Assembly (NCBI GenBank): GCA_903861305.1
Contig: CAIOTT010000049.1
Span: 88,246-152,245 of the forward strand
DNA from: Candidatus Omnitrophota bacterium
GTDB taxonomy: Bacteria; Omnitrophota; Gorgyraeia; Zapsychrales; Fredricksoniimonadaceae
Direction: 5' to 3'
Length of the DNA: 64,000 nucleotides
The translations under genes were made by a program, and so were the position numbers. The notes beneath the pieces were generated by a model that was given only the letters and a program-made list of their open reading frames with translations, was not told where the DNA came from and searched no databases. Shown piece by piece: positions 39,545 to 49,600 of this stretch. How positions within the stretch are numbered: the stretch's first letter is position 1; every line of letters starts with the position of its first letter.

Positions 39545-40163
39545 GATCCTGGCATCGGCAGGGCTCAGTTATCTTCTCGGTTCTATCCCCACCGCTTATA
39601 TCTTTGGAAAGCTCTTGAAGGGGATCGATATCCGGGAGCATGGTTCGAAGAATGTGGGCGCTACCAATGCTTTCCGGGTCCTGGGCAAGGGGCCTGGTGC
39701 CGCGGTCCTTATCCTGGATATCATTAAAGGTATCGTAGCGGTAGTCTTTGTAGCGGGTTTGCTGGATGCGTCCGTGACAGGACGCATTATCGCCGCGGTA
39801 GCCGCGGTGTGCGGGCACAATTGGACTTGCTTTCTGAATTTTAAGGGAGGGAAGGGCATTGCGACCACGCTGGGCGTGCTGATCGGCTTGACCGTGGTGA
39901 TCCCGCAGGCGCGGATGGCAGTTCTTTTATGCCTGGGCCTATGGATCGCTATTTTTCTTATTTCAAGGATAGTTTCCTTATCTTCTTTGATCACAGCAGT
40001 TTGCCTCCCAGCTTTTATGATCGTATTTAATGTGCCGACAAGCATGATCATTTTAAGCATTGTATTTTGTGTCTTCATTGTTATCCGTCATCAGCCTAAT
40101 ATCCACCGTCTTCTCTCAGCCCAGGAACCCCGCGTCCGCATGCCCTGGTCGAGAACATCTTAG
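39522..40163 (+). CDS. plsY: Glycerol-3-phosphate acyltransferase PlsY
   Basis: GSIPTAYIFGKLLKGIDIREHGSKNVGATNAFRVLGK is present. Confidence 0.9.
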   Translation: MDIMTFVKILASAGLSYLLGSIPTAYIFGKLLKGIDIREHGSKNVGATNAFRVLGKGPGAAVLILDIIKGIVAVVFVAGLLDASVTGRIIAAVAAVCGHNWTCFLNFKGGKGIATTLGVLIGLTVVIPQARMAVLLCLGLWIAIFLISRIVSLSSLITAVCLPAFMIVFNVPTSMIILSIVFCVFIVIRHQPNIHRLLSAQEPRVRMPWSRTS

Positions 40164-40292
40164 CCCTTCATTTTCATTTTCCTTCCTGTTTGACTCTTCC
40201 TAAATCATTGCACCGTCATAAGAAAGCCTTTTCCCGGCCGTGGCCGGCACGTCTTGTTTCAGCCCTGGGGGGGTGTTATCCTTCTGGCATAG

Positions 40293-40661
40293 GTGGAGAC
40301 CAAGACTATGAAACAGCTAGGGTATTTGAAACAGGAGCTTTCGCGTAACCGGGGTCGGCTGATCTCAATCCGGGAAAATATGTCGGATGAAGACAGCGAT
40401 ACCGCGACGCGGAAGAATTTCGTATACATGGTCACGCGGGTGGACGCGGTGCCTGATGAGCTCCCGGTTCCCCAGATCAGGGTCATAAAGAAGGTGGCGA
40501 CAGAGCAGCGGTATGAAGGGCTTCTGTTCAAGGTCAAGGGTGTCATTTATATTAAAAAGAACAGGTTTATCTTTCAGATCCGGTATTGTCACAGCCTTTG
40601 CATCCAGATTTATTGGAAAACCCATGTTCTCTCTTCGGATAAGCCTGCCGCTTTAGCGTAG
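40293..40661 (+). CDS. Hypothetical protein
   Basis: 122-aa ORF with no recognisable motifs. It is followed by a terminator. Confidence 0.35.
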   Translation: METKTMKQLGYLKQELSRNRGRLISIRENMSDEDSDTATRKNFVYMVTRVDAVPDELPVPQIRVIKKVATEQRYEGLLFKVKGVIYIKKNRFIFQIRYCHSLCIQIYWKTHVLSSDKPAALA

Positions 40662-40692
40662 TGCGGCTACATCCAGGCGAGGACCCTTAATG

Positions 40693-40728
40693 GATAAGGC
40701 GGCTCGAGGAAGCCGCCTTATTTTTTTT
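40693..40728 (+). terminator. Rho-independent terminator
   Basis: Stem ataaggcggct / agccgcctta followed by T8. Confidence 0.6.
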
Positions 40729-40735
40729 GCCTGCC

Positions 40736-40764
40736 TTGACAATAAAAATTTAGTCGTATATATT
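40736..40764 (+). promoter_or_regulatory. Sigma70-like promoter (TTGACA, 17-nt spacer, TATATT) in an AT-rich region upstream of the giant family member
   Basis: ttgaca at 40736-40741 and tatatt at 40759-40764. Confidence 0.45.
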
Positions 40765-40822
40765 TCTATACATATAACTACATTTATTGACATATTTACG
40801 CCATTTATAAACAGGATTTCTT

Positions 40823-43800
40823 ATGTTTATCCGAAGGTTTTTATCATGTTTTGTCTGTTTTTCGTTTGTTTCTACCTGCCTTATCCCTCCTGCTTACGCT
40901 CAAACAGCCTTTAAGTTGCCTCAACCAGGGGCCATGGTAGGTCTTTCAAGTAGTTTCATGCCTGTTGTCTTGAAGGGCGTGCACCTTCATCCTGAAAATC
41001 CGCTTCTATTTGATTTTATTGTAGATGCCGGGGACTCGGGTTTTTCGTTTGAAGGCCCGCAGTTCAAGGCTGAGTCCGAAAGGCTCATTAAATATTTCCT
41101 CGCTTCGCTCACGGTCAAGGAAGGCGACCAGTGGGTAAACCTTTCTCCCTACGAAAAAGACCGCATGATCCCTGAAGACCTGGGGAAGACCGAACTGGGC
41201 CGCGACATGCTGGCGCAGGATTACATCCTCAAGCAGTTGACCGCTTCGCTGGTTTATCCGGAGAAGGGCTTAGGCAAGGAATTCTGGGCCAAGGTGTATG
41301 AGAAGGCCCAGGCACAGTTCGGCACCATCGATGTGCCGGTGGATACTTTCAATAAAGTCTGGATCACAGCCGACAAGGCCCGCGTCCTGGAACGCAACAA
41401 TACCGCTTATGTGGTTGGCGCGCACTTGAAGGTTATGTTGGAATCGGACTATATGGCGGCCGCGCAGTCGTCCGGCGTGGGTAGGGGCGGGTCTGTGACC
41501 CGCCCACTTGACAACGCTCAAGAACTGACCAAACAAGTCATGCGCGACGTCATCATCCCCCAGATCGAAAAAGAAGTGAATGAAGGCAATAATTTCAGCC
41601 AATTGCGCCAGATCTTCTACGCCATGATCCTGTCCACCTGGTACAAGCGGGCCCTTAAAACCGCCCTCCTGAACCAGGTCTACAGCAACAAGTCCAAGAC
41701 CAGCGGTGTCGAGAACGCCGATCCGGGCGTGAAGGAAAAGATCTACGCCCAGTACCTGGAAGCCTACCGCAAGGGCGTGTTCAACTATATTAAGGAAGAG
41801 ACGAACGCCGCCGGCGAAACCATCCCGCGAAAATATTTTTCAGGCGGTTTGGACAGAAATTTGAATGTGGATCAGGCGATGGAAGTGATCGATAAGGCGG
41901 CGGCGGGGGATTCTTTAAAAGGAAAGAAAGAAGCCGTGGTCACTGCTGTAATTGATGCTGCAGAGGCATTTAATACTTTATATTTGAGTGAGCAAGGAGC
42001 GCTTTTACTGAGGTTGATCAGGATATTCAAGAGATCTGATTTTCATTGGGGAATATATAAAACGCCTGTTTCAGTTCGCTTGATCGACGGGCAGGGGGTA
42101 GCGAAGAAGGTCATTACGGTCACCCGTGAAGATTGGCAGAATGGTATTGCCGGCATATCAGATAAGTTGCAACATCTTGTGAGTTTATCAACGGATGTGC
42201 CTTTATGGATGATCAAGCTGAAGAAGTCGCCGTACTCGCAGATATTGTCTGTTGACATTACCCCATTCACTTACGAGGGTCTGGCCAGGGAGTGGAATCA
42301 AGGGCATGTCATATCAACGTATTTGGTCAGCCCGCAGAACAAGGGATTTTCATATCAGATCAAGATAGAGCCTTTACAACCGGACGGGCTTGCAGATAAA
42401 AATAAAAATATTATTTGGGATGCTGGAAGCAAGACGTTGCGGATCTTTCTGGATTACAACACGCCGGTGGGGCAGTTCGACCGGCAGAAGTTCTTTGACG
42501 GGATCATTGCGATGGTCGCGGAATTGCAAAATGTGAGCATCAAGAAAGAACTGGAACACAATAAGACACGTTTGGCGCATTTTTTGGGATTGAATATCGA
42601 GGCGGAGCGCGTTCGTGATCTGCGTGAAAAAAGGGATCTGTTGCATAACAAGACAGGCATAAGACCCGAAGAATTGACGTCAGTTAAGATGGAACTGGCC
42701 CTGGCGGAATTTCAATTCGGTGGCGATGTTGTGGACCTGAGCGATATGCCCGGTCCAGAGCGGCAGGCAGCGGTGACACAAGCGATCCGATATGGGTTGA
42801 TCCCCTTGTTGGCGGCACGTCAGGATGTTCAGGAGGTTTTGTCGCATTATCCGCAAGCATTGTCTGCCAGGAGGGTCGGGCCGGGAGAGGCTAATCAGGC
42901 CGTCCTCTCCGGAGCCGGGGTGATCCTTGTGTCGCCGGATGTTACGGCCAATGAAATCAAAGAAGCCCGGGGATTGTCGTTGCGCGTGAGATATAAACCG
43001 CTTGTTGTGATGGTGACAAAAGATGTTTTGAACGTGGACCGGGAGTCTCTTGATCTGGACGGAAAATACGATGGCATTGATCTGAGATTTAGAGGGAGTC
43101 TCCCGGCAGTATTGGATAAATCCAGTGAGGTAGGAAATCTTATAAAATATATTAAAAGAAAGTCTCCGATACCGATGATCATGATTTCCGGAGATGTGAA
43201 CGACGAGAATCGGGATCGTGTGGCTAATGGGGTCAAGGGGGAATTTCATCTGACATCCATGCGTGCCTTCGATGAATTAGAAAACATTGCGCATACGGCG
43301 TTCCAGCACGATGATGCCATGACAAAAGAGGAAGAGACGGGCGCTGCTGGCAAAATTTCCCCGGAAGCGCAAAATATCCTGGATGAAATAAAAAATTACG
43401 CCGTGATTCCCTTGCAATATTGGCCTTTGGATGTGACCACATGGTATGGTGTGCGCACGGCGCAATTGATCATTAAAGAAGGTTTTGAGGACGATCCTGA
43501 GGCGCTTTCAGCGTTGATAGAGGGCGCGATCAAGAGGAGCGGCGCAGGTTTCTCTGCAGCCAGAATGAAAGATGGGCGATCTCTCCATGATGTTGCCTGT
43601 GAGATCGGGTTGGTGGATCCTTCAGACGGGAATATGAATGTGGGCATGGTGCGTATTCTGGAAAAAATTATATTTTATGGCGACGTCATGTTTCAAAAGA
43701 GTGATTTCGATGAACTTCCGAATAAAGCACATGCTCTGATGGAGAGCAGTAACAGGGATGGAGGGATAACGGTTCCATCAGATCTTTCTTTCAAGGATGC

Positions 43801-46642
43801 AGTCGGTTTGTTGAACCCGATGGAGACGCTGTTTAAGGCATATATCAAATTAGAGCAAGGTTGGAAGTTGATCGATGATCAAATGAAAGCTATTGATGTT
43901 GTAAGTAAGATGCTTGGCATTCAATCAAGGGAGCTTATTGAGAAAATGAAATCGGCCCAATTGATGGAACAGCCGGATGGTCAACCCTTTAAGAAGGCGC
44001 TATTGGAGCTTATTTATCCACTGGGTGATTCTGTCAGGATGGTGGGTATCAAGTCTGAATTCAAGTTTTACGGGACATTGCAGCAGATCGATTTGAAGAA
44101 ATTATATCAGGAGCTTCCTGGGGTTTTCGGGAATAATGCTGCAGGGTTTAATAAATCAGAACAATGGGATGCGTTGATCGCCGGCGCGCACAATGACATT
44201 TATAGCGCGATTGAACAAAGCCGTCGGGGCGAGCTTCAAGGACCCGCGAAGCATCAGGCTGGAGAACCTTCTGATGTTGTGCTCCCGCAAGGGGGAGCGC
44301 AAGATCCGTTGGTCAATTGGTTTGTCACCAGGATCATGTCGCGGTTGAAGTGGTTTATTCAGGGCAACAAGAAGATGATCCTGGAGAATGATGTTGAACA
44401 GCTTGAGGCGCATTTCAAGATCCGGCTCATGGCGAGAAATCCTTCAGAAGCCGATCCTGAGGGCCGGGTTATTTTTGCGCCTGTAGGCAGTTCTAATGAT
44501 GCGGCGCAAGAAAAGAAGGACGCGTCAGACCATCCTGAAATGAACCCTGCATCCCGGCTTTTGCTGCCGTATACAACAACAGAAATGGCGAAATTTCAGG
44601 TCCAGGAAATTTTGCTTGATCTTGATCTTAAGGAGAAAGTTATCCCGATCCTGTTGCGCGACGTCAAAGAGGACGTTCGGGATAATATTTCTTCTGTAGA
44701 AGATAAACAGGCTTTTCTGGTCGCTGTATTGAACTCTGCTTTTAAAGCATACTGGATGAGGCATGCGATCGGTCATCCCGCGGCTGAACTGATTTTTTCC
44801 TTCTTGAAGGAGTTGTCCGGCAATGATGTCAAACGCATGGATCTTGTGCGATCAAAAATGTGGCGGGATCAGTTTTCTGTGTATCTGGGGCGTGTTGCCA
44901 AGAGGATGGTGGATGGGGTGGTCGCTGGTCCTGAAAAAACAAACAAGGAACCCTTGACCCTGAAACCAGGCATGACATTAGAGGATGCCATGTCGGCCGT
45001 GGCTGATATTGTATTGGATCCGGCGGATACTTCAGCGCGTCTTGTGGCGATGGCGGATGAGATAATGAAATTTCTCAACCAGGACGATTTTATTAATTTT
45101 GAAAAGAAAGAGTTCCTTCTGGGTGTTCTTAACCTGAGCAGGGAAGCCCGTGAAGTTTGCCGTTATGAGAACAACTCCACTAAGATGAGCCTTATCGAAG
45201 CGTTCGTTCATAAATTGACGCGTGGGGCCATTGGAAATGTGGAATTGGATCGTTATGTATTGGATCCGGATGAGTTTACACAACAATGGGACAGTGTTGT
45301 CGATGAGCTTCTCGGACCTGCACCTCTTCCAGATCAGCCTAAAAAGAGACCTGGATCCCCGATGTTGACGCCGGAAATGTCCCTGGCGTTGGCGATAGGG
45401 ACGGTGAATGAGGCGTTTCACAGGAAAGATATGTCTTATAATGATTATTTGTTGTTGCTCCGTGATGTAAAGCAGTATGTCACGCATAATATTTCTTCTG
45501 TCCACGACCAACAGTATTTTTTGTTCACGGTTTTACATCAGGGGCTGTCGATGTACGGGTTGTACTGGCATGCAAGATCATCTGCGGCGGCACCCATTGC
45601 TTTATTCCTGAAAGAATTTTCCGGCGACGTTGTTGTGGCAGAGAATATTGTGCGATCAAGGATCAGACAAAACGCGTTAGATAAGCTCCTGGACGATGCT
45701 GTCAGAAGTATATGGAGCGGGATCTTTCTGGAAAAACTTCAGAAGATGGCGTTAGAGCCGCGGGTCCTGGGCGAATTAAATAGGATCTCACAGGTCGCGT
45801 TGGCAGACGGCCCATTTGACGGGAATTCCTGGGTGTGGGGGGCGGCGCAGAAGATCGGGTTATTGAAGATCACCCCAACGGAGTTCCTCGTTGACCTGAC
45901 CATGGCGCGTTTTTTGGATAATGCGATAACCGTTGATGAGAAGGATCGCGGACGGGGGCATATCCTTGTGCCTGGGGAGCAGAGGCTTGTGCCGGAGATG
46001 ACGACGGCGCGCGCGGTGGATCTGGTCGATCAGATCTTCCTTGCTCCCGATGTCACCCCAGGGCGTCTTGTGGCGCTGGTTGATGAAATACGGAGATTCC
46101 TTGGTCAGTCGAGGTTGTTGAGGGATGACAAAATGGAGTTCCTGGAGCATGTATTTTTTAGTAGTGTCGAGACGCGTGAACTTGCCCGAGACAACAAAAA
46201 TACCCGGAAAATGAACGCCATGGCCGTATTTCTCAAGGAACTGTCGGGTGGTGTTATTGGGGAAGCGCAGATGGACCGTTACGCGCTGTCTCGTAATATG
46301 CAGCCCGATTATTATGGGGACCCGGATGCATTTAAATGGCAATGGCGCAAGGTTGTGGATGACATTGTGAGATCAATGGAGCAATCAGATCTGGCGCAAG
46401 ATACGCCTGCAGCTAAAGTCAACGGTGGTATCGACATGAATGGGAAGAAGATGACACTTGATGTGGCACGTGAAGGCAAGGGCATTGAGATGAAACTCGA
46501 CCCGGCGATGGTCGCGCGGTTCGAGCGCGGCGATTTTACGGGGGTCGTGCCGGTCATTCTCAAGGTCACGCCCATTGCCAGCCCTTTGCCGCTATTGGGC
46601 ATGGGCACGTCCATGGACATTCAAGATAAGATCAGCGGGTAA
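40823..46642 (+). CDS. Member 3 of the secreted-protein paralog family: 1939-aa giant protein with signal peptide, conserved N-terminal domain, a long lower-GC central region with internal repeats, and conserved C-terminal GGIDL domain
   Basis: Signal peptide MFIRRFLSCFVCFSFVSTCLIPPAYAQTA. The N-terminal domain aligns with the paralogs (KLPQPGAMVGLSSSFMPVVLKGVHLHPENPLLFDFIVD...IPRKYFSGG). Four internal repeat units share the consensus [FL]xKELSG / hxKLTRG (...ELIFSFLKELSGNDV, ...PIALFLKEFSGDVV, ...AMAVFLKELSGGVIG, ...IEAFVHKLTRGAIG). C-terminus VNGGIDMNGKKMTLDV...LDPAMVARFERGDFTGVVPVILKV. Confidence 0.8.
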   Translation: MFIRRFLSCFVCFSFVSTCLIPPAYAQTAFKLPQPGAMVGLSSSFMPVVLKGVHLHPENPLLFDFIVDAGDSGFSFEGPQFKAESERLIKYFLASLTVKEGDQWVNLSPYEKDRMIPEDLGKTELGRDMLAQDYILKQLTASLVYPEKGLGKEFWAKVYEKAQAQFGTIDVPVDTFNKVWITADKARVLERNNTAYVVGAHLKVMLESDYMAAAQSSGVGRGGSVTRPLDNAQELTKQVMRDVIIPQIEKEVNEGNNFSQLRQIFYAMILSTWYKRALKTALLNQVYSNKSKTSGVENADPGVKEKIYAQYLEAYRKGVFNYIKEETNAAGETIPRKYFSGGLDRNLNVDQAMEVIDKAAAGDSLKGKKEAVVTAVIDAAEAFNTLYLSEQGALLLRLIRIFKRSDFHWGIYKTPVSVRLIDGQGVAKKVITVTREDWQNGIAGISDKLQHLVSLSTDVPLWMIKLKKSPYSQILSVDITPFTYEGLAREWNQGHVISTYLVSPQNKGFSYQIKIEPLQPDGLADKNKNIIWDAGSKTLRIFLDYNTPVGQFDRQKFFDGIIAMVAELQNVSIKKELEHNKTRLAHFLGLNIEAERVRDLREKRDLLHNKTGIRPEELTSVKMELALAEFQFGGDVVDLSDMPGPERQAAVTQAIRYGLIPLLAARQDVQEVLSHYPQALSARRVGPGEANQAVLSGAGVILVSPDVTANEIKEARGLSLRVRYKPLVVMVTKDVLNVDRESLDLDGKYDGIDLRFRGSLPAVLDKSSEVGNLIKYIKRKSPIPMIMISGDVNDENRDRVANGVKGEFHLTSMRAFDELENIAHTAFQHDDAMTKEEETGAAGKISPEAQNILDEIKNYAVIPLQYWPLDVTTWYGVRTAQLIIKEGFEDDPEALSALIEGAIKRSGAGFSAARMKDGRSLHDVACEIGLVDPSDGNMNVGMVRILEKIIFYGDVMFQKSDFDELPNKAHALMESSNRDGGITVPSDLSFKDAVGLLNPMETLFKAYIKLEQGWKLIDDQMKAIDVVSKMLGIQSRELIEKMKSAQLMEQPDGQPFKKALLELIYPLGDSVRMVGIKSEFKFYGTLQQIDLKKLYQELPGVFGNNAAGFNKSEQWDALIAGAHNDIYSAIEQSRRGELQGPAKHQAGEPSDVVLPQGGAQDPLVNWFVTRIMSRLKWFIQGNKKMILENDVEQLEAHFKIRLMARNPSEADPEGRVIFAPVGSSNDAAQEKKDASDHPEMNPASRLLLPYTTTEMAKFQVQEILLDLDLKEKVIPILLRDVKEDVRDNISSVEDKQAFLVAVLNSAFKAYWMRHAIGHPAAELIFSFLKELSGNDVKRMDLVRSKMWRDQFSVYLGRVAKRMVDGVVAGPEKTNKEPLTLKPGMTLEDAMSAVADIVLDPADTSARLVAMADEIMKFLNQDDFINFEKKEFLLGVLNLSREAREVCRYENNSTKMSLIEAFVHKLTRGAIGNVELDRYVLDPDEFTQQWDSVVDELLGPAPLPDQPKKRPGSPMLTPEMSLALAIGTVNEAFHRKDMSYNDYLLLLRDVKQYVTHNISSVHDQQYFLFTVLHQGLSMYGLYWHARSSAAAPIALFLKEFSGDVVVAENIVRSRIRQNALDKLLDDAVRSIWSGIFLEKLQKMALEPRVLGELNRISQVALADGPFDGNSWVWGAAQKIGLLKITPTEFLVDLTMARFLDNAITVDEKDRGRGHILVPGEQRLVPEMTTARAVDLVDQIFLAPDVTPGRLVALVDEIRRFLGQSRLLRDDKMEFLEHVFFSSVETRELARDNKNTRKMNAMAVFLKELSGGVIGEAQMDRYALSRNMQPDYYGDPDAFKWQWRKVVDDIVRSMEQSDLAQDTPAAKVNGGIDMNGKKMTLDVAREGKGIEMKLDPAMVARFERGDFTGVVPVILKVTPIASPLPLLGMGTSMDIQDKISG

Positions 46643-46657
46643 TAAAAAGGAGCCTCT

Positions 46658-49600
46658 ATGTTCTTCAGAAGGATCATGTCAATTATTGTTTGCCTGGCGT
46701 TTATCCTTACCAGCCTGACCCCTTCAGCATATGCCCAGACAGTCTTTAATTTGCCTCAACCCGGCACCATGGTCGATCTTTCCGGTGCTTTTGCGCCGGC
46801 TGTTCTGAAAGGCGTAACCATCCATCCCGCGGATCCTTTGTTGTTTGATTTTATCGTCGATAACGGCCAAAGCGGGCTTCAGGGCCAGGCGCTGACCGAT
46901 GAGACCACCAAGCTGGTGAAATATTTCCTGGCGGGGCTGGCAGTCCCTGAAAAAGACCTTTGGGTCAACCTGTCGCCGAAAGAAAATGAGCGCGTCATGG
47001 CGGATGACCTGAGCCGCACGGATGTTGGCAGTGCGATGCTGGCGCAGGATTATATCCTGAAACAAGTGACCGCGAGTTTGATGTATCCGGAAAAAGACCT
47101 GGGGCGCAGGTTTTGGGACGAGATCTACAAGCGCGCTTATGCGCAGTTCGGCAATACCAATATGCCGGTGGATACTTTCAATAAGGTTTGGATCATGCCG
47201 GCGGAAGCAACGGTTTATCAGAACGGGAATGACGCGTTCGTCGGCCGTGCGCAGCTTAAGGTGATGCTGGAGAGTGATTTTGAGGCTGCGAAAGGCGTGG
47301 TCTCCCGGCAGGCGGCTGCCGATATCGAGCTGGCCAAGGGTGTTGTCCGTTCCGTGATCCTTCCTGTTTTGGAAAAGGAAGTCAATGAAGGCAGGAATTT
47401 TGCCCCCCTGCGCCAGGTGTTCCATTCCATGATCCTGGCCGGGTGGTACAAGAATGCCCTCAAGGAAAGCTTGCTCGCCCGGGTCTATGCCAACACGAAC
47501 AAGGTCAGCGGCATCGAGATCCCCGAGAAGGATGCCCGTGAAAAAGTGTACGCTCAGTACATGGAAGCTTACCAGAAGGGCGTGTACAACTATGTTAAGG
47601 AAGAGTTGGACCGCAATACGAACGAAGCCGTGCCCCATAAGTATTTCTCTGGTGGTATCACCGAGTTAAGTGTTGATCCCGGGAAGGCTGATGTGTCACA
47701 GGTGGATTTCAAGGGGGCTTCTACGAAGCAGTCTTATAGATTGGATGTTTCCACAGACGGGGCGCAGGAGTTGAGCCGGGCAGATCAGAAGGTTCTCGAT
47801 GGGGCAAAAACGATCATAGAAAGCTTGTTGACGGAGTCATACCAGAACGGCGATATTACGGATACCGTTTATAAAAATGCCCTTGCGAATACGTACAAGA
47901 ATCTTGTTGAATGGACGCAGGATCCGGATATTTATCGCATCGATCCCAGCATCCGTGCGGCCAATCTTGCGGCGATCCGTGACGGCCGTTGGGATGACAT
48001 TATAGAGGCGTACCGACAGGATATCCTGTTCGGGACAGCCGGCATCCGTGGAAAAGCGGTCCTTTCAGAGAAAGAATTGCAGACATTCAAGGCCGAGGGG
48101 CCCTTGGGGAATTTCCTGAAAGGTCCCAATACGATCAACACCTTCAAACTCTTGAAGACCACGCAGGGCCTCATCAAAATGGCCAGGGAGACGGGCTTAA
48201 AACGGGTTGTCATAGGCTATGACAGCCGTATCGGCGGCGCGGCATTCGCGGACATGATCGCGCGTCTTTTTATTGCCCAGTCCACGCCGGAGCATGAGTT
48301 CAAGATATTCCTTTTTGATGAAGCAAGCCCTTTTCCGGAGCTTTCTTACGGCATAACGACGGATGTGGTGAAAGGCGACATCGGTTTGCTCATTTCTGCG
48401 AGCCACAATCCCGCGGATTACAATGGCTATAAGATCACGCTGGGCAACGGGGCACAGTTGAACCAGGCCAGCAAAAATCAGGTCACGGCGGCCATTGATC
48501 AGGTCAGGAATTCCGACATTGTTATGGCTGCTTCGCTGGCCGACGCAAAACCAGGACAGCTCGTGTGGCTTGGAGGCAGTGAGGCGCTTGAGGGTAAGGA
48601 TTATTACGGGTTCGAGCGCATTGATATGCACTCATTGCATGTTGAACAAGTAAAGAAATTCATCTTGAACAAGGAAGTTGTCGTTGCACATTCCGGTGAT
48701 TTGAAGTTCGGCTTTGCAGCGTTCAATGGCGCGGGATTTAAGGCCGTGCCACGATTGTTGAGGGAGACCGGGTTCACCAACGTCAAGGTTATTGAGAAAC
48801 TTCAGAAACTCGACGGCAGTTTTCCGGCGTGGAAGTTTGGCGAACAACCGGATCCCGGCGACCCTATTTCTGCGGATATTGCTGTGAAGGAGTTCATTGC
48901 AGAATACGGCCAGCAGGTGTTTGATCTGCTGGATGCTTTGTTCGGCACTGATCCTGATGCGGACAGGATGGGGTTGAGCGTCAAGGTTCCCGAGTCCCAG
49001 CAGAAATATTTCGGGAAGTACCGGTTACTTTCCGCGAATGACGTTTGGACATTGTTAATATGGTATCGGTTGTCCATGAAAAAGCAAATGGGTCTGCTGG
49101 AAAATCCTTCTAATCATGCGGTCGCATTCAGCCACGTAACAACAGATGCCATTGAAGCTGTGGCGAAAATGTTTGGCGTCGATGCTATTGGGAAAATGCT
49201 TGATGTGACAGGCACCCTTGAAAAAGGAGATTACCTGGCGGGCCGCAGGACATGGGTTGGGTTCACTTACCTTGCGGATATATTGGAAGATGCGTATCAG
49301 ATGGGAAAGTTCGTTGAAATGCTGGCGGAGGAGTCGAACGGTGTGAGCGTGCAGGGCCATACTAAGGAAAAGGATGGGACGCTCGCCGTGATCCTTGTGG
49401 CTGAAGTTGCGGCGTATGCCAGATCTCAGGGTAAAACTTTGTTTGAACTCCTGGATGATGTCTATGCGCTGATTGGTCATTATGCCACGGCCAACAAGCC
49501 GTTGCCAAGGGTCGGGTCGTTCGAGAAAGCGGCCGGGGTCTCAGAAAAGATCAAGATCATTAAAAGATCCCAGGAATGGGGCACGAAGGCCAATGAGGAT

